From positions 32,676,001 through 32,740,000 of the forward strand of contig NC_045696.1 of NCBI RefSeq assembly GCF_009834535.1: a stretch of DNA of 64,000 nt. The letters run 5' to 3'. This DNA comes from Camelus ferus (Eukaryota). The number at the start of each line of letters is the position of its first letter. Position 1 is the first letter of the stretch. The notes under the pieces are model-generated. The model had not been told where the DNA came from. It searched no databases and was given only the letters and a program-made list of their open reading frames with translations. This document shows, piece after piece, positions 54,501-64,000 of the stretch. Position numbers and translations under genes: made by a program.

Positions 54501-56964
54501 ATATTATAGTAAAAGCTCCTAGAGATCATATCTAAAGAATTTGAAACTGACATTTCTAAGTGATCATATTCCCTGCATTTAGTTTATGGAAGTGATACAC
54601 TATAAATAGGCATCTAAGTGCTCCTTAAATTAGCACGCCTTAAATACTGAGTGTATGTTAAGTGTGTGTATTCTGGGTCTGAGCTCTTTTAGTGTGGGTG
54701 GCTTAATTTTAGGGAATCATGAGTCCACCTGAAGGATCAGGCAGGATGAGATCAGAGAAGCAGCAGTGGCTGATGCACAGCATCCCGGGGGTCACCTTTG
54801 ACTTTGTGGGGGCTCCTCACTGGGATGGTTCACTAGAGGGCACAACCAAGTATTTTTCGATCATGTACTTATGCACGGAAGGGCTTGATCTTGCTAGCAT
54901 GCTGAAATGATTGCCTTTGGATCCCCTGGAAATTGAGCAAGTTACCTGCACTACACTGAAGCAGATTAGATAGATTCCCTTAAATTATTCCTAACCACAT
55001 TCTTCGTTTGCACAGCTTTTCTAGAATTAACCCATTATCTAGTAATTAGGAGTTAGGAAACATTGAGTTCATATTTACTTCATAACTATTTACTCAGATG
55101 CTGTAGACTAAATCAGCAGACGGTCCTGATTTCATATCTCTATTTATGCATCTCAAAAAAAAAAATCTCATGAAAACATTAGATTACTTCTGTTAAAATT
55201 TTTTTTCTGTTTCTGCCCCTTAACCCATTTCCTGTCACTACCCTCCTTATGCCAAAGTTGTAAACTCTTGGGGGTCAGTGTAAACCCCAGGTGGTATGAA
55301 TTCTCTTCCTTTATGTCAGTGAATCTCAGTCATCCAGTATAATGATTGCAAAACTGTTATCAGTCGTTAAATGTGTTTACTATGTGATGCTTTGTTTCCG
55401 TGGTTGAAAATCATCCTCAACACTAGTACAGGGTTCAGCAGTTACTCTTTCTAAATAAGAATAAAAGTAATAGTTACCAATAGTATAATGAACTGGTTAA
55501 ACTGTTATATGTGTATATGATTATATAAAATGATTGCATAATACTGTGTTCTCTATACATACACACATATATATGTATACAGACATGGGGAGAATGTTTA
55601 TTATGTCCTGTTATTTTTCTCATGTCACCATCTGCCTTTGAATGTGAGCTTTTGTTGGTGGATACCATACCATTATTGGTTCCACATGACAGTTGGAGAA
55701 TTTTGATGACTCAGAAAATATTCAACATATATAGTTAGCTGCTTTACTATTTTACCATTACCATTTATGGACATAAAGGTATCATTTACTTAACATATGT
55801 TTAAACTAGTAAAATGGAATATATTTTTAAATAAATTATTGAGTAGAAAAATTCTGATTAAGATGGTAATTTAGTAGAAAAATGAAAATGTAATTATAAT
55901 ATCTAGAAAATTAGAAATGTGACCAATCTCACTGATATGGAATTTAGTTTTCTAAGTATCTGTTTATGAAACATTTCTTAAATCTAATAGTCTTCATGTC
56001 ATTGACAATAACGTATGTATACTCAATTTATCCATCAAAATTAGCCACTGAGGATCTGGGGTATAAGATAAGACTAATCTCTAGGGCTGTATTTTATTCC
56101 AGTTGTAGATTTAGGGTATTTCTAAGATAGCTTCCTGGTTTAGTAACACAGACATAAAATATAACTTCAAAGATTGCCCATGTACTTTATTTATTGAGAA
56201 TCTTTTATCCTAGTATTACCTTTGTGCTTTCATAATAATATATGACTCATGTATCTAAGGGTTTGCATTTATTTTATAGTCTCTTCTAGAGGCATGAGTT
56301 TGAGCCCAATTTTTTTTACAAGGTCTTGAAACCTTCTCTCTATACTTACCAGGATAAAAGTCATAAGCCTACAGGGCAGTATGTAATATAGCATACAAAT
56401 AAATTTATAAATTGGTAGTGACTCATGAAGTTAAGGGATTCTTGACAGCAAAAGAAACAAATATAGAATAAAGTAGTGTAAATATTTTATTTGTAAATTA
56501 TCAGTGCTAGAAGCATAAAAACAGTGGAGAGAAAAATTCTTAATACAAAATAACAGTTAATCTTGATACATATAATTAATTCAGTATTTATAGAGTGAAG
56601 AAACATGGAAAAGAAATAATTATATAGATTACTTAATTCTCAAAATACACATGAATAAAGTGGCTAGAAGCTGAAAATAAACTTATGTTTCATTTCTGTA
56701 GAAGCAAAATGGTTATTTCGTAGAAGAAATTACTACATTCCACATTTTAGAGACTAAATTTCGTAAGCCAGAATTATTTCAGTGATTCTTGTTTGCCCTG
56801 CATATACCATAAAAACTTACTTTCATGATAGAGTGGTCTCATTCAATATAAACACCAATAATAGCTGATACTGTGCTGTTCTATATACACTATTACATGT
56901 AATCACATTATAGGAAAATTGATGTCAAGAAATAAACCTAGATATTTAATTAAATATTTAAAGA

Positions 56965-57690
56965 CTTTTTTATTATCAGAAATTTCAGTCATCTACAAAA
57001 AGAGAGAAAATATTGTCAACAAAATGCATCCTAAGATTATTTTAAAAAGAACCCCAGGCAATAGGTCATTTTTCACAAATGCTTAATTTTGTGAAATATA
57101 ATGACTTAAAAAAAAACAAACAGTGCAATATGATTTACCCCAACTAAGTATTAACAGTAATTCTGTGATACCAGAAAAGCCAGTGCTCAAATCAGGATCC
57201 AAAGTAGTCTGCACATTTGTTTGATATGTCTCTTAGGTTCTCCCTTCAAATAGTTTTTTTTTTTTAATCCCTGATGTCTATTTACTAAAGGAACCAAATA
57301 CCAAAATTCCTTGTGTGTGTTTTCCCCCATTCAGGGTTTGACTAATTGCATTGATTTCATGCATTTTTTTAAATTCTCTTTATATTTTGGACATTGGAAG
57401 TTCATTGTAGAGGCATGATTCTATCCAGATTTGATTATATTGGCAAAAGTATTTCTTAAATTGTGTCCTTCCATGAAAATGTATATAATGCCTGGTAGTC
57501 ACCCATTAATGGTGTTAGCTAGCATTATGTACACGTGTCTGCCTATGTATGAAAACTTAGTAAAAATTGCAGAGCAGTGGTTTTTTTTTTTTTTAGTTCT
57601 ATTATTTCCTCTTTATTTGTTGGCTGGAGTATTTGTATGAAGAGAAATTTCCACTCATCAAATATTTGTTTACTCTGGGGTATAATTTTT
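56965..57690 (-). mobile_element. Old L1 3' end (L1MC4/5-like)
   Basis: tttttattatcagaaatttcagtcatctacaaaaagagaga...aaccccaggca...ttaacagtaattc...aatcaggatccaaa...gatatgtctctta. Confidence 0.6.
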
Positions 57691-60549
57691 TTAGCAAGCG
57701 TTTTTTTCTCGAGCATCATTTTTACACATTTTTTCCTAGTGTGAAAATTGTGTGATTATTAAGAAAGAAAAACTTGTGAAAGAAATTATATGAAGTCACA
57801 CTTTTTCAAGTCTTCAAATTCTAATGAGCCTTCGAAGAAAATTCTTACGTTTAGATGATGTGAGTTGATAGCTAAGAAAGATGTTATTTTAAATAAATCT
57901 CAATTGATTAGTGAAAGAATGTGTTTAGCTTTGTATGGGATAGTTAGAGAAAAAGGGAGAAAATGTAGGTAGTTATCTAGCCCTGAAATATAATTATTTT
58001 AATTTCCATTTCTTGAAAAGACTGTAATAATGTGATATCTGATGAATTTGATGTAGTAGTGCTTCTTTTAAAATCAGTGTGATTTCCTCCTTTATAAAGA
58101 GGAATCAAACTCACCTGTTATTAATTAGCACTATATTGCTATACTATATCTAATGATTGCATTTTGATACAGTGGATTTTAAAATATATAATTTCAGCAT
58201 GGTGTTTAGGTTGTAATTTTGCTACTAGTGGGTGACATAGAAAAAGTCACTTACCCTCTCTGGTTCTCAGTTTTGAAGTATTTTGGATCTCTTAGTTTTC
58301 ATTGTATTTTTTTTCCAGGAAGTGGTGGCAATGTATTTTCTTTTATTTTTATGATTTAAACATACAAGAGTAACTTTTTCATGTTAAAAAATTATATTGC
58401 ATGGAATCTACCAATGGCAATGAGGTTTTGTTTGTTTGGTTTCATTTGATTGTAGATACATTTTGGGCAAAAGAAGTATCTAATATATCTGAATATGAAG
58501 TTATAGATGTCAGGAACCTCTGTCTCCTTGGAAAGTCTAGTACTTTCTAAGTTTATTGCTTCCCTATTAAGAAACAGCAATCTCTTACCTATAAATTTGT
58601 TTATCGAAGGAAGAGTAAAAAACACTAGGCTGAAATATCAAAAGTGTTTCAAAAAGAGTCTACGTAATCCTAAAATAAAAAGGTCTGTAATGCTTTAGCA
58701 TGAGCTCTGTGAATAAATTCCAGTAATGTCTTTGCTAGTTACTGAATGCTTCATTGCTAAGTAACTTCAGTAAACACTTCTAAAGGCAACCACAAATCCA
58801 CAGTCACAGAATGTTCTACGTTATCCACACATTGCAAATACTAATAACACATATCACCATTTTGTTATGACACTAATCTTAAAATTAGAAATAGAAATGA
58901 AAGGAACTGGGAAAATGTGACGAGGTCAAATCAATTTTGGGGTAGGTAAGATTAATCTTCTCTGAGAATGCCCTTGTGCCCTATTTATACTCCCTGTACT
59001 TCATTCTGAGAAACACTGTTTTAGATCCACCAAGTCTGCAGAATTCTTAGTGATACTTTTCAAATAGACAGTCAACTAATGCAACAAACTAATTAACTAA
59101 TTGGTAATGCAATCAGTTAGTTGTATTTTTCCTTTTTCATTATTTGTATTGGAGTTTCTAGAAATCAGCCTCATTAATATAATGCCTAATATTCACTATT
59201 TAGCATCCATGTGTAAATAGCTCTGGTATTTCCATTATTATTCACATGATTTTTCTTCAAAAGTTACATGCATAAATTTTCACATTATTAATAGTATGAT
59301 TATTAGCAGTTACAAAGTTAATATTATAATTAATTATCTCTGGAAAAAGTAGTGAACAACTGTAATATAATTGCAACTTGCTGCTTTTATTATAAAGGTG
59401 AAGAAATGTTAATGTCATATCTGAAACTTTTGTCTGGTCAAAGTACCTTTACTTCCTTTCTTTTCATTTTAACTATGAACCACTAAAATTGTATTTTTAA
59501 GATAATTTTCAGTCACTTTTGGGTGGTGTGCAGTGTGCACTTTACAATTGACTTATAATTGGACTGTGCTGACAATGGAAAATCTTACAAGTATTGAACA
59601 TGACATTTATGACAGTATTGCTGTCATCTTGGCTTCTTTTATTGAATATGCAAAGAATTATAATTGGGCTAACAAGCCTGGTAGCCTGGCCTCTTTCCAA
59701 TTATATTAACCAGCCTAGTCTAGTATTAGCTGCCTGAACACACACAGAAACAGACACAGAGCATTTGTTTTCTTTCCTATTTTATTTTGCTATCTACCCA
59801 ACAATCTAAGAGTAAAATCATCTGCCTTCATGTAATGTTGGAGAACTTTCAATAAGTCATCTCCATCCCACTGAGAAATGTGAAGATTTGCCTTCTCTAT
59901 TTTTATTTCAATAATTTTTAAATAAAAGATGATTTTAATAAAAGATTAGTTGTATCTGTTACATATTTGATGCTAACTGTTACCGCAAAAACTTCTAAAG
60001 GTTTTTGGCAATTTTTCTTTGAATGTGTACTAAAAGTTTTAAGTGATGGATTTGAATTTGAAGTAAAATTTATTTTCACGTGAACAATTCTATATACTGA
60101 TATATTGAAATATTTTCTTTGAAATTGAGTCAAATAACATTTTTTGTATGATCTACAAATGTCTCTCAGCTCTGTGTAATCTTAAAACAATACACAAGAT
60201 GAAAATAATTTCTTAATGATTAGAATTCTGAAGTCCACTAAAATTCTACCAAGGAATTAAAAATGGAATTTTTAACTGAAAAATAAAAAGTAAGAAAAGT
60301 TAAATGAAACAGTTTGTGGTTTAAAAGATCCAAGGAGGAGGTTGTGGTGTAGCAGTTATTTGGAACACTAGATTCTGTACTTCTGTTTCTCTCTTTTTTC
60401 TTTTTGCTGATTTCCTCTTATTTTAGAACATTTCATATACTTGCATATTTTTCTCCCAAACATTCTCCACAGTTCCATCTGCAGTATTTAAGGTCTTCAT
60501 CTTGTCAGTGGTTTCCTGGATAGAAATATAGGGAAAAAAAAAAAAAAAA

Positions 60550-60860
60550 AACCCTGGGAATCTGTCCTACAGAAGCAAAACACCAGTACAGTACACAGGG
60601 ATGTGACACAGGATGTGTATTACAGTACTTTTATTAGCAGGGAAAAAAAAACCAAAACACTAAAGATAACCTGATTATCTATCAACAGGGAAATAGTCCC
60701 ATAGTTCATATACACTAGAGAAACATATACAACTATTAAAATTAGTGCACTAGAACTCCATGTATTAACCTGGAAAATGTGGGAAAAGCAGGCTGCAAAG
60801 AAATGTATATAGTATGATCCTGTTTTTGGAAACAAAATACACAAAATGTACATGTTATTT
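60550..60860 (+). mobile_element. Old L1 (L1ME-like) 3' fragment
   Basis: ccctgggaatctgtcctacagaagcaaaacaccagta...aacctgattatctatcaacagggaa...atagtatgatcctgtttttg. Confidence 0.6.
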
Positions 60861-62071
60861 CTTTTTATAAGAATAGCAAAATTTATTTTTATAACAGAAA
60901 ACTTTTAATATTGATTATTTCAGCAGCAGCTTTTGGAGAAGGATGAGATACTGTTTTGTTATCTTTGTCCCCTCTTATTTTTGGCATCTGTCAATATTAA
61001 ACTAAAAGGAATAGAAGCACTTCATTCATTAATTTGGAGCAAATTTCCTGGTAAAAAATGACTTTTAAGGTTTTTAAGTTTTAATATTAAATATTTTAGA
61101 GAATCTAATGGACTACAAAGTTTGTTATGAATTGTTATATCATAGGAACAATATCGCCAAAATAGTTGGTAGTTTAATTTTGTCTTTTTTTTTTAAGTTA
61201 GTTTAAATTTTATATTCATAGCAATATTGTGAACATTCTTCCTCTCCGTCCACTTTTTTTCATTTTAAAGTTGTGGAATAAACAGAGTTTGAATGGAATT
61301 ATGACAGGACTTAAGGTTTCCTGAAATAGTTTTGCTTTTATTTAATATATTTTTATTTGAAAAAAATATTATTTAAAAATATGTACATTTTTTATGAACT
61401 AGTAGAAGATAATACAACAGTAAGATAGTTTTTGTGATTGTGGATAGAAATGAAGTTCTCTGTGAGTGGTCTGGCCTGTACCTAGACTTGCTAGAAATTT
61501 TTGTTTGACTCTAAGTGACTTGAAAGAATAAAGTGTACATTAAAAATTTCCATATGCTGATCATAAATACTATATCTACAATCTAAATTAAACCTCACTG
61601 AGGGTCAGTATGCCAAACTGGAGACTGCATATTTCCCAACTAGGGGATGTGTTACTTCATCTGGAACATCGTTTAGAGAATGAAAGAGCACTCCTTCTTC
61701 TGTCAATCTTTTTAAATAGTATTTAAGTCAGAATAGAACATACTGCTTCACAGTGTTTAGAGGTATCTGATCATGCATTTTGTCAAGAGGTCTTCCTTTG
61801 AGTAAAGAATTCTCCTATTAGGACTGTACTAACTTCCTCATTAAATTTACTTCTGCCCCAAATAGTGTTTACCACTAGATATAAATAAACTGAAGTTTCG
61901 ACTTCTTAATGAAAATAATGCCATTTAGAGTAATGAAGTTTTCTAGTTTCATGAGCAGTGTGTTCAATCAAGCACCAAACAGCTGAAGGTTAACGCATCG
62001 TGCGATTTTGCTTTGGCTTGTAGACCTGATATTTGCATTTCGGTTAGTTGTTGACTCAGTGCATTAAATCC

Positions 62072-62312
62072 CAGCAGTATAAGGTAGTATCTTAGAGCGC
62101 AGATTTCAGAGTCAGATACACCTGGGATCAAATCCCAAATTTGCTTCTTTCCAGCTGTGCCATAGTCAGCAAGTAATTTGACTTTTCGAAGTTTCAGTTT
62201 TCACATCTGCAAGGCAATGATAGCAAAACTTACTTCTTGAGATCATTGCGTGGAAATGTATGTAAAGTACTCAACCCTCATCTCTGACATTTAGTAAGCA
62301 CTCAATAAATGC
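62072..62312 (+). mobile_element. Near full-length MIR SINE
   Basis: tagagcgcagatttcagagtcagatacacctgggatcaaatccca...gtttcagttttcacatctgcaa...tgtaaagtac...tagtaagcactcaataaatg. Confidence 0.85.
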
Positions 62313-62715
62313 AAGTGACCTGCCCTTGTGATTTATCCAAAAGTTATGGATTACGTTTTAATTGTTAAATAATACGAAATGTATTTAAACTGTATGTTAG
62401 TATTCTTAATTGAGTTATTAACTAAAGCTTAAAGTTAAAAACAACGTACTGAAAGAAAGATACATAGTTCTTAAAAAAATCTGATGCCTTCTGGTATTTG
62501 GAATTTGTGCTCTGTGGCTCCTATCTTTTATTCTTTCTTATTCAAGGACTTTAATCATATACTAACAAAATATAACCAATTGTCATTTTCTTTGTTGTAA
62601 GTCATATTCATCTAAAGTGTATTGATCATGTAATCATAAATTTATCATTTAGACTTTAACTAATAATAATAACATGACTTTTTTTCTTTTGAGAGGCTCT
62701 GTCTAATAATCTAAT

Positions 62716-62785
62716 ATGTTTGTTCTCTTCTCCTTGTGCAATCTTTCCTTGGTACCAGCGGCTGCTTCAAAGAATAAAGTTAAAG
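62716..62785 (+). CDS. CADM2: Alternative first coding exon (5'-extended microexon) encoding MFVLFSLCNLSLVPAAASKNKVK(G)
   Basis: ATG at 62716 has A at -3 and an in-frame TAA at 62707-62709 upstream. It reads open for 70 nt to the same GTGAG donor. It resembles the recalled human CADM2 isoform starting MFVLFLCNLSLVPAAASKNKVKG. Confidence 0.75.
62759..62785 (+). CDS. CADM2: 27-nt coding microexon of cell adhesion molecule 2 (SynCAM2/Necl-3), phase 1-1, encoding (A)AASKNKVK(G)
   Basis: Pyrimidine tract then ggtaccAG|CGGCTGCTTCAAAGAATAAAGTTAAAG|GTGAGc, with CTAAT branch-point-like motifs at 62703 and 62711. The translation matches the recalled CADM2 N-terminus ...LLLQ-AAASKNKVKG-SQGQFPLTQ. Confidence 0.93.
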
Positions 62786-64000
62786 GTGAGCTCTTGTCCA
62801 TTCTGCATGATTCACTGTGATTGTCTTCTGCTCAGTCTTCTAAGTCATCTTAAACAATAGAGCCAGTTCTGTTGGTGATGATACCAGCCCAGTGTATAGA
62901 CACTAGTTGTACATTGCTCCAGATACAAACATATATTAATTGTTCAGTTTCTGATATATGTCTCTGTTTGCATGATTGCTTATGAGTTTGCTTATTTTCT
63001 TGTTTTATTTCCCACTTTATTCCAAGTGGAATAAGGTGTTTTTATGCCTAAAATTTTGCCTGTTGACTTTAGTTTTCTTGATCAAATTGAGAATTGAAAA
63101 AAATCCAGCATAAAATAAAGCTGATGTAAAGCCTCAAAATTGAACATACCTTCATAGAATTATATGAAAAGAAAATGTTAGTGTTTAGAAATTGAATATT
63201 ATAAACTCCAGTTTTCTATTTATGATGTTTCTTCCATTTCCTAGTTGTGTTAAGTTTGCATTTACTAGAATCCTGAAAATATATTTTCATGAGAGAAGAT
63301 AGGCTCTTCTCATGCCAGAAGAATGTCTCCCTGAAAGAAAAAGACTTTTGACTTGATGTGTCAAAGTCTTTATGGTTTTAGTAGAATTCAAACATATGTG
63401 TATATATATACATGATACTGCATAGGTTTATAGGTTATGTGTTTTTACTTCATGTTCTCTAGAACAATCTATATATTTAAAAAATGTTTTCTCCTTCTTG
63501 TATAGCAAATATATGTATTTCCTTTTTCATTTATTTTTATACAGCAAACTGAAATAACCTTACCAGTCATGTAACTGTTAGCTTAAGTTTTCTTATCCAC
63601 AGAGTGTGATAACAATAAATACTTCAAAAGGTTGTGAGGATTAAGTAAAATATTTAAAACAACAGTAAACTTCTGGCTGCTACTAGTGTTTTAAACAATG
63701 CTAGTTTCCTTTTGCTTCTAACAGACCTGCTTCTTCTTTGAGGAGAATTTTCTGATTCTTTATCATTCAGTATTGTCCTGCCTAATACCTTCCTTTGTCC
63801 TTAGGAGGAATAGCCAGGTGGTTTTGTCTCTTTCTTCCCTTCTCATATGCACATCTACCATAAGGCCACCCTCCAGCCCTGCTCTCCCCCAGGTACTAGT
63901 TTTCACACTACACACAGACTCATCTTGGGAGTGTTAACTGCTCCCTGTTTATAAGACTAAGCATTTAGTGTATAGCTATTATTTTCCTAGCTGTGTATTT
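62786..64000 (+). other. CADM2: Start of the next CADM2 intron
   Basis: Begins at the GTGAGC donor. Read-through hits TGA after about 11 codons, and no further exon was seen. Confidence 0.8.

Larger units (their letters stand above)
1..62715 (+). other. CADM2: Distal part of the very long intron upstream of the CADM2 27-nt exon (intron 1 of the major isoform)
   Basis: Inferred from the CADM2-type microexon at 62759-62785. No other credible exon was seen in ~62 kb of repeat-rich, AT-rich DNA. CADM2 is known to have a very large first intron. Confidence 0.8.
62560..62974 (+). promoter_or_regulatory. Splicing-regulatory motif cluster around the microexon
   Basis: TACTAAC 62560-62566, ACTAAT 62659-62664, CTAAT at 62703 and 62711, TGC 62737-62739 inside the pyrimidine tract, and downstream TGCATG at 62804-62809 and 62969-62974. 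Confidence 0.6.

Noticed and set aside
578..60853. The ~100 short ORFs (60-117 aa) in the supplied track
   Set aside because: Many start at non-ATG codons, are low-complexity, or lie in repeats or microsatellites. None resembles a known protein except the Tigger1 transposase fragments.
1..64000. CRISPR arrays, operons, tRNA/rRNA/snRNA genes, NUMTs, CpG-island promoter
   Set aside because: None was seen. The sequence is mammalian intronic DNA with no regular repeat-spacer structure or recognisable RNA gene.

Overview
AT-rich, CpG-poor mammalian genomic DNA, not microbial. Almost the whole window looks like the distal ~63 kb of one very long intron of CADM2 (cell adhesion molecule 2/SynCAM2, + strand). 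The only coding sequence I can support is a 27-nt phase-1 microexon at 62759-62785, giving (A)AASKNKVK(G), which matches the CADM2 N-terminus as I recall it. An in-frame ATG at 62716 extends it 5' into an alternative N-terminus, MFVLFSLCNLSLVPAAASKNKVK. The exon is flanked by UGC, UGCAUG and ACUAAY splicing motifs. The rest is old eutherian repeats: a near full-length decayed Tigger1, MLT1 solo LTRs, MER5/MER20, L2, MIR, L3/CR1 and L1M. There are also a few younger inserts: a 364-bp ERV solo LTR with a perfect 4-bp TSD, and 5'-truncated L1 ends. I saw no Alu, B1/B2, CAN, Bov, PRE or ERE SINEs, and one L1 3' end resembles camelid L1, so a camelid source is plausible (inference). The supplied ORFs are noise except for Tigger1 transposase fragments. 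I found no evidence of a novel multi-gene system. Repeat family names come from recalled consensus sequences, and boundaries of old repeats are approximate.
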